A DNA stretch of 40,040 nt, from the UHGV virus genome UHGV-1362910; one strand, given 5' to 3'. Below are positions 26,260-35,560 of this stretch, piece by piece (position 1 is the first letter of the stretch; every line of letters begins with the position of its first letter). The stretch comes from a virus. Both the position numbers and the translations under genes were made by a program. A model generated the notes under the pieces. That model saw only the letters and a program-made list of their open reading frames with translations, was not told where the DNA came from and ran no database searches.

Positions 26260-26667
26260 TCACTTTCTCTGATACACAAAATCCAGCCATATCACATATT
26301 CATATACACCCTTTTCATCCGTTCCCACGTCAACCGGTTCCGGTACCTGGAGGATGATACAATTAATGGATGTATCCCCTATGGACAGACTGGATACGTT
26401 TTTAATTTTCTCATACAGCTCATAGGCGGCCCGCTCTGATGCCTGTACGTCCCTGTCCCAATGAACCAGCAGGGAGATGCGCCGGACATCGTAGCTGCTG
26501 TAGTCATGGCCGCCCAGGGCCATCACAGGAGGACCGCTGCTCTGCCGGTGATATACACCAATGGAATGGTCCTTCTTGCTGTTCAGCTTCCCGATATAAA
26601 CATTCCTGTCAGCCGTAATTCCCAGGCCTCCTATGTATCCCCGGATGTCATCCAAGGTCAGCATCAT
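26260..26667 (-). CDS. Tail terminator / tail completion protein-like
   Basis: Positional call between the gp10-like and major tail genes. Confidence 0.45.
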   Translation of the reverse strand: MMLTLDDIRGYIGGLGITADRNVYIGKLNSKKDHSIGVYHRQSSGPPVMALGGHDYSSYDVRRISLLVHWDRDVQASERAAYELYEKIKNVSSLSIGDTSINCIILQVPEPVDVGTDEKGVYEYVIWLDFVYQRK

Positions 26668-27065
26668 ACACCACCTACTTTCTTGTAAAACCGCTTAAAT
26701 GCATTCCTGGCAAAATCCTGGCTTACTCCACCAGGTAGCCACGGTTCATACCATTCGCCACCGGCAAACGGGTTCTCATCCGTCTGGAAGTTGTATTCCG
26801 GATGAAAATACAGACGCCGCGCATAAGGCGTGTTTACCACCAGCGTCGCTTTCCCTTGACCACATTCTTTGTAATCCGCAAAAAAGCTGTCCTCCTCCAG
26901 GTGGCCTGTGTCAAAAGGCATCACCTGGGCCTGGACAACCTCCGTGTGTAGTGCCTCCGCTGTCATCTCCAAGGCAGTCACTGCCGCCTGTGTCAGCTGT
27001 TTAATCCGCGGGAAATTCATCTTCACAGTTGATTTAACCTGCATCAGACCACCTCCAACTGGCAA
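26664..27065 (-). CDS. HK97 gp10-family head-tail joining protein
   Basis: The motif VMPFDTGHLEEDS resembles the gp10 family vPvdTGnLr.S. Confidence 0.5.
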   Translation of the reverse strand: MPVGGGLMQVKSTVKMNFPRIKQLTQAAVTALEMTAEALHTEVVQAQVMPFDTGHLEEDSFFADYKECGQGKATLVVNTPYARRLYFHPEYNFQTDENPFAGGEWYEPWLPGGVSQDFARNAFKRFYKKVGGV

Positions 27066-27382
27066 TAGTTAACCGTCCCGTCCGGGTTTCTGGCCTTCAT
27101 CCCCTGCTCTATCCTCCGTTCTTCCCCGAATATGGTAACGGTACCCCCACTTAAGGTTGGGAAGTCTGGGGCAATGTCCCCGGGGAACAAGGCCGTACCT
27201 GTTATCTGCACCAGCTTCTTTTCTGTGGTCAGAATGGTCTTGGCCCGGTCCTGGAAGTTGCATTTCAATTCCAGGTCCAGCGCCTTCTCCGGCTTACCGT
27301 GGTTATCCGTGTCCTCCGACTCCAGATGGACATGTATATCTGTCTTACATAGCCGTTTTGGAACTAAGCATGGATATTTCAT
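27044..27382 (-). CDS. Head closure / head-tail adaptor protein
   Basis: Positional call, SPP1 gp16-like. Confidence 0.45.
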   Translation of the reverse strand: MKYPCLVPKRLCKTDIHVHLESEDTDNHGKPEKALDLELKCNFQDRAKTILTTEKKLVQITGTALFPGDIAPDFPTLSGGTVTIFGEERRIEQGMKARNPDGTVNYCQLEVV

Positions 27383-27385
27383 GGT

Positions 27386-27772
27386 TCACCTCGCTAATCG
27401 GCAGCACAAGCCCGTCTGGGACAGCAGGGCGTACACATCCCGCTTCATAGCCACGCCCTTGTCTGTAAATACGTTCCAGCTGCTGCCAAACTGTGCCGAC
27501 ACCCCGTTGATGCTGTAGCCCTGCAGGATGGTGTTAATCTCGTCTGCGTTCTCCCATTCAAAGTCCGCCTGCTGGCAGACCACTTCTTGGATAACATCCT
27601 GCTGGAAGGCTGTCAGATTAGAAAATCCCCGGCCCACAATACGGTTGTAGGTCAGGGAATCAACGTGGCGGCTGGCCTGCTTAAGGGCCTTGTCCAGCTC
27701 GTTCATGGGGATAACAGCCCCCTTGTATGCGTCACAGTAGTACTCATAGGTGACATAGGGTTCATAGGGCAT
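27386..27772 (-). CDS. gp6-like head-tail connector protein
   Basis: MPYEPYVTYEYY start at 27772 with an AAAAGGCGGGTGA RBS. The upstream basic track extension is probably not translated. Confidence 0.5.
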   Translation of the reverse strand: MPYEPYVTYEYYCDAYKGAVIPMNELDKALKQASRHVDSLTYNRIVGRGFSNLTAFQQDVIQEVVCQQADFEWENADEINTILQGYSINGVSAQFGSSWNVFTDKGVAMKRDVYALLSQTGLCCRLAR

Positions 27773-27773
27773 G

Positions 27774-28067
27774 TCATTCACCCGCCTTTTTACTCTCTGC
27801 TTTCTTTGCCGGTTCCTGCTTTGGGGCCCGGAGGGCTGCAATCTCTGCTTTCAATGCTTCGTTTTCAGTGTATCTTTCAGCCGCTATGTTCTGCAGATGC
27901 TCAATCTCTTTAACCGCCTTCATGTATTCATCATAAGGCACTGTCTTTCCGCGTCCATACGCAGTCACCCGGCCGTCATCACCCACAATATCAAAACCAG
28001 CATCCTGATAGGACTTCTGCTGGCTTTCATCAATGGTGTACTCTTTATTTCCCTTAACTGCTCTCAT
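27774..28067 (-). CDS. Hypothetical head protein (97 aa, Lys/Ala-rich C-terminus)
   Basis: Track ORF directly after the major capsid gene. Confidence 0.4.
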   Translation of the reverse strand: MRAVKGNKEYTIDESQQKSYQDAGFDIVGDDGRVTAYGRGKTVPYDEYMKAVKEIEHLQNIAAERYTENEALKAEIAALRAPKQEPAKKAESKKAGE

Positions 28068-28076
28068 ACTACCTCC

Positions 28077-28970
28077 TTACGCTCCGGCTGGCTCTACGTT
28101 CATGGCACATCCCTCCACCTTCTTTTCCAGAAGGAACAGGTCGCCATAGCAACGGTTCTGATACAAATATCCGTCCGCCGTTCTTGAATCCGTCCCTGGG
28201 GTGAACAGCTTGATATAGCTGTACTTATCCCGGCATACCACGCAGGAAGTATGAATCAGAATCCAGTTAATCTGCTTGGCGTCAGCGGAAGCTACACAGC
28301 CGGTTGTAAAGTCATACTTCGTCTTCATCCTGGCTGCCGGAACCATCTTTATGGTCACATCATCCAAGCTATGTACCTTACGGTTGATTGTGGACGGGGA
28401 TGCGACGGTCATAACCCTCTGGAGTCCTTCTGCCTCCTTCACAATCTTATTCATGGTTGGGGTGACATACAGCATCCTCCCCTCCTCCGGAACACCGGCC
28501 TCGTCCATCCTCGCCATTTCCTCGTCAAATGCTTCCAAGAAATTGGCTGCCGTAATCACATCGGTACTAATACGGCCTGAATAGGTGGTCAGCTCTGCAT
28601 GAAGTTTAGAATAGCGGTAGGAATCTTTTTCCGGGATAGCTTGTTCGGTCTCAAACGTGTTCTGTATGTTTGCCACGGATAAGGTCAGGTTTGTTTCGTC
28701 AATGTCCATGGGGTCAATCCAGAACTCCACATCCCTGTCGTGTTCCAGCTTCTTTGCCTCCCAGTCATTACTCAGGGTGCCTACATTGAATCCCGGTGTC
28801 CTGGTATGGTCCTTATACCCAGTCACTGCCATCCTTGGAAGTTTGATAGTCTGGGCATTGATGAACTTCACCTGCTGGTTACTCTGTGTTAAAGCATCAG
28901 AGCATAATTCCTTTGCGTACTTCTGCTGGAGCAGCTGTGTAAAGGTTGTTGCATAATCATATACTGCCAT
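28077..28970 (-). CDS. Major capsid protein
   Basis: 297 aa directly downstream of the scaffold gene, with SPP1-like gene order. Confidence 0.65.
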   Translation of the reverse strand: MAVYDYATTFTQLLQQKYAKELCSDALTQSNQQVKFINAQTIKLPRMAVTGYKDHTRTPGFNVGTLSNDWEAKKLEHDRDVEFWIDPMDIDETNLTLSVANIQNTFETEQAIPEKDSYRYSKLHAELTTYSGRISTDVITAANFLEAFDEEMARMDEAGVPEEGRMLYVTPTMNKIVKEAEGLQRVMTVASPSTINRKVHSLDDVTIKMVPAARMKTKYDFTTGCVASADAKQINWILIHTSCVVCRDKYSYIKLFTPGTDSRTADGYLYQNRCYGDLFLLEKKVEGCAMNVEPAGA

Positions 28971-28989
28971 TTCTTAATCCTCTCTTTCA

Positions 28990-29610
28990 TTAAAGTCCGA
29001 ACGCCTTTTTAAGGGCGTCGTCTGTCGCCTGCGTCTGCTGTTGCCCACTGGCTGCTCCCACCTGGATGAACCCGGTGGAGCCTGATGCCTGGGGTTTCAG
29101 CGCCGGCACGTCCTCAAGTACCTTGTTCAGGGCTGCCTTAAGCGCCTCATCATTGATTTTCCCATCCTGCCCCATGACCTGGCTTAAGTCGGCCATCTTA
29201 AGGACGTAAGGAATTGTTTTGGCATCAATCCCCAGTGATACCGCCGTCATGGTAGCTGCACTGTCAATCATGGCCTTCTGGGCCACTGCCTGGGCCTGGG
29301 TGAGCTGCTGCTGGATTGCGCCCACATCCGGCTGCTGGGCCGCCTTCTGCTGCTTAAATGTGGCAATTGCCTGTTCCATTTCTTCCTGGCTGAGCCCCTG
29401 CTGCTTGAAGTAGGCTTTCAAGGCCGTGTCCTCCTTAGCGGCCAGAGTCCCGTCCAACATTTGCTGGATTTTAGCATAATCAATTGCAGGGGATGCCTGC
29501 TGTCCTGTTTGGGTCTGTGTCTGCTGGTTCTGACCTCCTGCCGGCGGCTCGGCTCCTCCCGCTCCACCTGCGGGCTCAGCAAATAACTGTAAGTTCATAC
29601 GTTTCATCAT
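28990..29610 (-). CDS. Scaffolding protein
   Basis: N-terminal MNLQLFAE motif typical of Firmicute phage scaffolds, followed by Gln/Ala-rich coiled regions. GGAGGT lies before ATGATG. Confidence 0.65.
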   Translation of the reverse strand: MMKRMNLQLFAEPAGGAGGAEPPAGGQNQQTQTQTGQQASPAIDYAKIQQMLDGTLAAKEDTALKAYFKQQGLSQEEMEQAIATFKQQKAAQQPDVGAIQQQLTQAQAVAQKAMIDSAATMTAVSLGIDAKTIPYVLKMADLSQVMGQDGKINDEALKAALNKVLEDVPALKPQASGSTGFIQVGAASGQQQTQATDDALKKAFGL

Positions 29611-29745
29611 CCATACCTCCATTTTAAGGGTGTCACCCTGTAATTTTTATTGCATCCATTGTCATCAGTGTCGCTGGCCACGCAGCAGTTTTAAGCCATG
29701 CTCGTGTTTGGGCGTAAAAATAACACCCGGGATAGTCCCGCGTGC

Positions 29746-30114
29746 TTATCGCAAATTATAACCTGTCCGTTTCATGTTTTTTGTTACAGCATTAATGATT
29801 TCATCTTCATCCAGATGTGCCGTAACATCCATGGAAACTTTCGTCACAGCCGGCTCGTAAGTTGCAAGGAAGATATCCGGCTTACACGGATATATCTCTC
29901 CTGCTATACCACGGATAATATAATCCCCCACACTGGCCTCATGTACACCTTCCAGAGTCTGAATCATGAATTTCACATCCGGCGTCCCTGCATTTTCAAA
30001 CCACGCCACCTTGCTTTTGATAGCCTCGATAATCCATTCAGGGTCATCCTCCTGCTCTGGTCCTCCTGTCCATTGAAAAGCCTCAATTACCACTGGTTTC
30101 TTTCTGTATTTCAT
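29746..30114 (-). CDS. Hypothetical head-module protein (122 aa, MKYRKKPVVIEAFQW...)
   Basis: ATG at 30114 after GGAAAGAGAGG. A palindrome lies 17 nt upstream. Confidence 0.5.
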   Translation of the reverse strand: MKYRKKPVVIEAFQWTGGPEQEDDPEWIIEAIKSKVAWFENAGTPDVKFMIQTLEGVHEASVGDYIIRGIAGEIYPCKPDIFLATYEPAVTKVSMDVTAHLDEDEIINAVTKNMKRTGYNLR

Positions 30115-30130
30115 TCTTATCCTCTCTTTC

Positions 30131-30146
30131 CGTTGCGATATCGCAA
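30131..30146. repeat. Palindrome GTTGCGATATCGCAAC (copy 4), 17 nt upstream of the ATG of ORF 29746..30114
   Basis: Exact 16-bp palindrome followed by GGAAAGAGAGGATAAGA ATG. Confidence 0.6.
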
Positions 30147-30166
30147 CAAATAAAATACCACCGGCC

Positions 30167-30331
30167 ATTACTGACTGGTGGTATCATGTTTCTTTTTATA
30201 TTCTTCCAGCTCTTCTTTTGTCGGCATCGGAATCACAATATCATCATGATCCTGAGCAAAAAACGTCCCTTTTGGATACTCGCCGATTGGACGATCAACG
30301 TCCCGAAAACTTACTATATGCTTTTCTTTCA
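30167..30331 (-). CDS. Small protein (54 aa) translationally coupled to gp7
   Basis: ATG overlaps the gp7 TGA (ATGA), with GGAGGAAAA upstream. Translation is MKEKHIVSFRDVDRPIGEYPKG... Confidence 0.35.
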
Positions 30332-31924
30332 TTTTTCCTCCATAAAATATGTAAAACCATACTTTGATGTCAGTTTATCTAGGATGCGTCTCTGATATTC
30401 AATTGAGTAGTCATTATCTGTTGTAATCCGACCAGACAATACCTCTTCATACATTTCATTCTGTAACGATGACTGGATCTCAGAATATTCTTTTTCCAAC
30501 TTTTCAAAGGAATTGATTCCTTCCGGCCATTCCGCAGGCTGTCTTATGACATACACCCCATCACGACCAACAGCACGCAACTCTGTGATACCAGTTCTGC
30601 CCATCATATCAATATCATCCACTGAAAAGGTAGCTCCACTTGGATGATTGTGGGTTAACACACCACCTGGCATTAGCGCTGTCTCTTCATCGGTATACAC
30701 AATCCTGTCTTTTTCTCCGCGTTTCTTTAAGATACGGTTTCCTTGGGAATCGTACAATATCCCATATTCATTTTTATGTCCAGCAATGGAAGCCTCGTCA
30801 AGCCTACGTCTTTCAATTGCATCATCCGACCACCCATCTGTTTTAATTATACCAGAGTCCTGATACTTGGCAAGCCTTCGTTTCCAGTCTTTTTCTTTTG
30901 CCATATACATGGTCTTGTTTTCAGGAGATAATGAATGTTCTGCCAGCCTCCCATACTTTTCCGCCTGCCTTGATATATACTGCTGCTCTGCTTCCTTCTT
31001 ATTTTCCAGTCCAATATTTTTCAGTTCCTTCTCAGTCCAGGTATCGTCCGCCGTGGAGATGCCAGGGAAATAGGTTGTATGACTGTCCTTGCATCTGGGG
31101 TGATACAGTCCAGATGCTATGGCCTTACTCATGAGGGGATACGGCCCATCGGATTTCTTTCCGCCGGACCAGACGTCATCAATCAGGACTTTACCGACAA
31201 AGGGCAGACACTTAGGACATGGGTTGCCGCTCTTAGCCATGATGACTGTGGTAATCCCCCATTCCCGCCTTTTCTCCCCCTCGCCCTGTAGGTAAGCCCG
31301 CTTGGATGCAGTCCGGATGGCCATGTCGGCATAATCCGCCAGGGTATGACGGGCACCATTGACATACTCCACACAGTTAAGTCCCCGGGAAAGCATGTCC
31401 TTGGTAGCCATATCAACGGCTTTCTCGTAGGTACCGGCGCCGGAATTGGCGTATACCTGGGCATTAAAGATGGCCTTCCGATACTGGTCGTTGGCCATGC
31501 GAAGGACGGCTGTTTCTGCTTGCTGCATATCATTGGTGGTTGCCTTAATCAAGGCCTCCAATTTTCGGTCATTGAGCCGGAAAAACTCTGCCGTGACGCC
31601 TTGACTGATTTTCTTAGCAGGAAAACCTTTCCGGATGGCATCGAGTATCTTGACTTCCTGCTGCATATTACCGCGCTGCCTGGATATCCGTATCAGTTCC
31701 CCCATTTCTTTGTTGAGGTCCTGGAATCGGCCCTTAAAGCGCTTCTGGTTGTCCCTCTTGTACTTCTCCAGGGCTTTCAACTGCTCAGCCTGCCACATGG
31801 ACCACTCAATGCCTTCTTTGGTCTCTTCGGCTCGGTGCCGGTCCATGTTGCGAATCATGGATTTGATAAGCTCATCCTCTATGGCCTGGAAGGCGGCACC
31901 GATATCATACTCATTATGTTGCAC
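30329..31924 (-). CDS. Head morphogenesis protein (MuF / SPP1 gp7 family) fused to a C-terminal RadC-like JAB domain
   Basis: N-terminal MuF-type region after the portal gene. The C-terminal ~110 aa carry VLTHNHPSGATFSVDD, the RadC/JAMM HNHPSG..S..D signature. Confidence 0.7.
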   Translation of the reverse strand: MQHNEYDIGAAFQAIEDELIKSMIRNMDRHRAEETKEGIEWSMWQAEQLKALEKYKRDNQKRFKGRFQDLNKEMGELIRISRQRGNMQQEVKILDAIRKGFPAKKISQGVTAEFFRLNDRKLEALIKATTNDMQQAETAVLRMANDQYRKAIFNAQVYANSGAGTYEKAVDMATKDMLSRGLNCVEYVNGARHTLADYADMAIRTASKRAYLQGEGEKRREWGITTVIMAKSGNPCPKCLPFVGKVLIDDVWSGGKKSDGPYPLMSKAIASGLYHPRCKDSHTTYFPGISTADDTWTEKELKNIGLENKKEAEQQYISRQAEKYGRLAEHSLSPENKTMYMAKEKDWKRRLAKYQDSGIIKTDGWSDDAIERRRLDEASIAGHKNEYGILYDSQGNRILKKRGEKDRIVYTDEETALMPGGVLTHNHPSGATFSVDDIDMMGRTGITELRAVGRDGVYVIRQPAEWPEGINSFEKLEKEYSEIQSSLQNEMYEEVLSGRITTDNDYSIEYQRRILDKLTSKYGFTYFMEEK

Positions 31925-32192
31925 TCATCAGCGCCCCTTCCGCACCCAGGGCGCCACTTTCCATTAGTTGACCACCTTTGTTGGAATACACTCTGTATCC
32001 CTGGGCCTTAAATTGCCGTGTCAGACTCTTAAGCTGTGTGACGCTGCTACACTTATCACAGCGCAGCTCTGCATATCCCTGTTTCTCAATGGCGTATATC
32101 CCGAACGGCACCTGCTCACTTGCCACCTGCAGCAGCCCCTGATACTCCTTCTGGTTCATCTGGTACAGGTGGTTCATTACCTTGACCTTCAT
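31914..32192 (-). CDS. Hypothetical 92-aa protein overlapping the portal 3' end by 77 nt
   Basis: ATG at 32192 with a strong SD AAGGGAGGGGGA at 4-nt spacing; it is out of frame with the portal tail. Confidence 0.4.
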   Translation of the reverse strand: MKVKVMNHLYQMNQKEYQGLLQVASEQVPFGIYAIEKQGYAELRCDKCSSVTQLKSLTRQFKAQGYRVYSNKGGQLMESGALGAEGALMSAT

Positions 32193-33708
32193 CCGGTCCC
32201 CCTCCCTTCATCTTCAGTTGGAAGCCACCAGCAGACGTACTGATTCCGAGTTCCTCCACTTCCGCAATGCCCTGCTCTGCCTTCAGCCGCGCTATCTCCT
32301 CTTGTTTCCATGCATCGTCCTTGCTATCCCCATACAGTTCTTCCACCTGGGCCTCAATGCTCATCATGGGGACGCCGGGCCGGGCCTTGGCCAAAGTCTC
32401 CACCTGACTCTCAAAGGATGGGTTTGCATACTCACCAAATGGGATGTCCACCTTGACCTCCTCCGCAGCCTTTCCATGCAGGAAGTTATATGCGTTGATG
32501 GTTGCCCCCACCAGCTCAGGCAGGGTTTCCTGCAGCGCCTCCACGATGGCGTTCCGGGTATACAGGGTAGCTTTTTCTTTCTCGCGCTGAGCCTCAGCAT
32601 TATCCAGCTTCTTGACATCAATTCCCAAAGTGCTGGGACTTATGACCCCCTGCAGACAAAGGTCCAGAGCTGTACAGTAAGATGCAAGATAACTGTCATG
32701 GGGTATTGCCGGCTGCACCACGTTGACCTTGTTATCCGCACTTTCTGACATGTCGTTATCAGAGGCAAAATACTGATTATCAAAAGAATTGGGGCGAATA
32801 ATCTGCCCGGTCGCTGGGTCATGCGGTATCAGGCACTCAGGTATATATGTCTTGGCTCGTCCAGCGCGTAGGGCATCCATCCACTGGGACCAGGCTTCGT
32901 CAAAGGCGTCAAAGCTGTCCAGTTTACCATCAAAGATGCTGCCGCCGCGTCCTTCATACTTAGTGGACTCATACACCTGTAAAGGCACAGCCAGGATGAC
33001 TGTCTCATCAAACTTTGTGTCCTTGATGCCCTTGGTAGCATCGATGGCATTAAGGGGCACCGAAGTGTCACCCTTGTACAACTCGTTGTATATGTAACCA
33101 TATCCATAATGCTCATATAGGACATACTGCTGATGGCCAGCCTTATACGGCGTCTTGAACACGACCTCCTTCACCCGGTCCCGGTTCCGGACAATCTCAA
33201 CGCGTTCCCCTGGATACCATTCCAGGATGGGGAACTCGCTGACAGTCGTATCAATCGTGACCTTAAAGGCTCCATCCCCGATGTACAGGACCTCCTTCAA
33301 AGCCTTCTCCATTTTACGAGTGAACTTATTATCTTTTGCAATGCCCTCCCACAGCTGCCGCTGCCGGTCATTATCCGCAAAGTCAAAGTCATTCATATCA
33401 TCCAAGACAATGCCTGAGAGGATGCGGATAATCAGCCCAGGCAGACCGGTATGTATCTTGCGCATCTCCATACCCGGGGTGCATTTGCTGGCCCAGAACT
33501 TATATTTATCCGCATACTCCGGGGCCTGCTGGTACATCTGCTCCAGCTCGTTACCATCGCCACGGTACCATATGCGGTTCCGGATTGCGTTGGCCTCGAA
33601 GTCCAGGACCTCGTTAATCTGGATGCAGTTCCCGCTGGCCGGCACCACATTCAGCCAGGTACAAATGCCCCGCTTGATTGTCTCATTCATGTTGTTCAGC
33701 CACCTCAT
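32116..33708 (-). CDS. Portal protein (SPP1 gp6-like)
   Basis: 530 aa immediately downstream of terL, with a low-complexity acidic/Gly C-terminal tail. Confidence 0.8.
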   Translation of the reverse strand: MRWLNNMNETIKRGICTWLNVVPASGNCIQINEVLDFEANAIRNRIWYRGDGNELEQMYQQAPEYADKYKFWASKCTPGMEMRKIHTGLPGLIIRILSGIVLDDMNDFDFADNDRQRQLWEGIAKDNKFTRKMEKALKEVLYIGDGAFKVTIDTTVSEFPILEWYPGERVEIVRNRDRVKEVVFKTPYKAGHQQYVLYEHYGYGYIYNELYKGDTSVPLNAIDATKGIKDTKFDETVILAVPLQVYESTKYEGRGGSIFDGKLDSFDAFDEAWSQWMDALRAGRAKTYIPECLIPHDPATGQIIRPNSFDNQYFASDNDMSESADNKVNVVQPAIPHDSYLASYCTALDLCLQGVISPSTLGIDVKKLDNAEAQREKEKATLYTRNAIVEALQETLPELVGATINAYNFLHGKAAEEVKVDIPFGEYANPSFESQVETLAKARPGVPMMSIEAQVEELYGDSKDDAWKQEEIARLKAEQGIAEVEELGISTSAGGFQLKMKGGGPDEGQGNEPPVPDEPEGVSGAAAGGK

Positions 33709-35054
33709 TTCTTCTCAGCCTCCTCAAATCCAATCAGGTTCCGGTATGGTATCCACGCATACTGATTGGCATTAATGGTATGGTCGTTCCTGTCCTCTGG
33801 CTTATCCTTCTCGTCATCCCAGGAGTACCGGTCTAACTCGGACAGGTGCTCCGCACAGGTATCCACCACCAGGTAACAGCCCTGTTGTATCCAGCCCAAC
33901 TGCAGGTTGATACGGTCCAGAATCTCCGGTCGCTTGTAGGAATCGTAAAAATTATACAGGCAGCCCTTAAGCCGCTTGTACTTGCGCAGTTCTGTAATGG
34001 TGGCCTGGTCTGCATTGTCTATGTACACATCCTTGACAAATCCCCAATCCTTCCGGCACTGCTCCAGGAAGGCCACAAACTTGACTGCTGTGTCACTGGG
34101 AGCCAGAGGGATGTCAAGCTTGGAATTGTTATAGACTTTTTCGGCCAGGGTGATAAGCTTCCTGTCCTCCGTGATTCCCTGGAATATCATGGCTATGGTA
34201 TCCGGGGACTTGGAAGAGTAGGATGTGTCCAAAGCCGCCGTGAACTTTTTGAATTTCAGTGCCTTGGCCTGCTGGACTGTGATGACATGCTTAGACCGCT
34301 CAAAGTTGGAGAATATCAGTCCGGTTGCCTTACCACGCAGGCCCTGAATCTTATTCTTCCAGATTTTTGTTCCCTTCGGGGTATTGGTCATTATCTGTTC
34401 CAGTTTTTCCTTGCTCAGGCCCAGGTTATGGACAAACGAAAAGAACCAATGCACCCAGCCGGGTTTTGGCTCCTCCTGCAATTCGTCTTTAATTTCTTTC
34501 GGTGTTTCGTCCCCCCATTCTGGCAGTGGCCTGGAGCAGTTGATGTACTCCTTGTACACATCCAGGCCTGGGTCGTCCGGATTGAGCGTAGCCATCAGGT
34601 AATCGCTCCGCATAGCGGCCTCACGCACAAACTCAATGTCAGCCGTGTTAATCTCATCAATGTACAGGCATCCGTACTGGCCGCCCAGGGCATCCTTCCA
34701 CTTGCGTTTGTTACCGTAGCCGACAACAAAGATGATCTTATCACCGCCGGATGTGTGGAAGAGGATGTGGGGCATGTTATAACCACCTCCGCCGTTACCT
34801 TTGTACTCCACCAGTACGCCGAAGTCATCCAGGATACCCAGGTCCTTCTGGATGATGTTCTTCTCGGCGGCGCCTGTATCATCCGCAGCCAGGATATGCA
34901 GCTTCTTTGGGCTTTCGGCTACCTTAAGCATGAACTTGAACAGTCCTACCGTGGTCTTTCCGGCTGCCGTGGTACCCTCCAGGAACTCCACCGGCGCATC
35001 ACAACGCAGGAACGCCTTGTACTTATCCGACAGCAGCAATCTCTCCGCACTCAT
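33705..35054 (-). CDS. terL: Terminase large subunit (PBSX family)
   Basis: Walker A EGTTAAGKTT, 449 aa. ATGA overlap with the portal start. Confidence 0.85.
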   Translation of the reverse strand: MSAERLLLSDKYKAFLRCDAPVEFLEGTTAAGKTTVGLFKFMLKVAESPKKLHILAADDTGAAEKNIIQKDLGILDDFGVLVEYKGNGGGGYNMPHILFHTSGGDKIIFVVGYGNKRKWKDALGGQYGCLYIDEINTADIEFVREAAMRSDYLMATLNPDDPGLDVYKEYINCSRPLPEWGDETPKEIKDELQEEPKPGWVHWFFSFVHNLGLSKEKLEQIMTNTPKGTKIWKNKIQGLRGKATGLIFSNFERSKHVITVQQAKALKFKKFTAALDTSYSSKSPDTIAMIFQGITEDRKLITLAEKVYNNSKLDIPLAPSDTAVKFVAFLEQCRKDWGFVKDVYIDNADQATITELRKYKRLKGCLYNFYDSYKRPEILDRINLQLGWIQQGCYLVVDTCAEHLSELDRYSWDDEKDKPEDRNDHTINANQYAWIPYRNLIGFEEAEKK

Positions 35055-35560
35055 TACCCACCACCACGCATCTGCTCAAGAAGGTCATCCAGTTTGGTCT
35101 TTTCGGCATCCAGGCCACCTGACAGCTCCATCTTATCCTTAAATATCCCCAGATGGCGCCCCAGGAGCTCCAGGGCCTTAAGCTTGTCAGCCATCTTGAT
35201 TTCCCGTTCCAGCCCGTCCTCGCCAAAGGTCTTGACCTTCACGAACTGAATGGCAGCCGTGTCCTCCGGAAGTGCATCCTCTCTGACCATAGCCGTTTTA
35301 GGGTCAATCACCTCTGTTGCATTCACGAAAGCAATCTTCGCCAGTTCCTGGACCACACGGTCCGCATTGACACCGGTACGTTTCGAACGTTCCGCCATAG
35401 CTGTCTTTATCGCATCTGAAACTCTAGTTTTCCCTAGTAACTCAGACCCTATCTTATCCGCATTGTTTGGACTGTATCCTGCGCGGATGGCGGCCTGAGT
35501 GGCATTCAGGTCAATTAAATATTCATCAATAAACAATTTCTGTTTTTGAGTCAACGCCAA
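35054..35560 (-). CDS. terS: Terminase small subunit (P27 / Terminase_2 family)
   Basis: N-terminal LTQKQKLFIDEYLIDLNATQAAIRAGYSPNNA. Confidence 0.75.
   Translation of the reverse strand: MALTQKQKLFIDEYLIDLNATQAAIRAGYSPNNADKIGSELLGKTRVSDAIKTAMAERSKRTGVNADRVVQELAKIAFVNATEVIDPKTAMVREDALPEDTAAIQFVKVKTFGEDGLEREIKMADKLKALELLGRHLGIFKDKMELSGGLDAEKTKLDDLLEQMRGGG

Noticed and set aside
33846-35249. 467-aa plus-strand ORF, plus many other plus-strand ORFs (236..673, 2124..2861, 21454..21831, 22165..22716, 23821..24417, 24291..25157 and others)
   Set aside because: They lie antisense to well-supported minus-strand genes (terL, sigma, TMP and others). They have low-complexity Ser/Pro/Leu-rich translations and no RBS, and are typical shadow ORFs.
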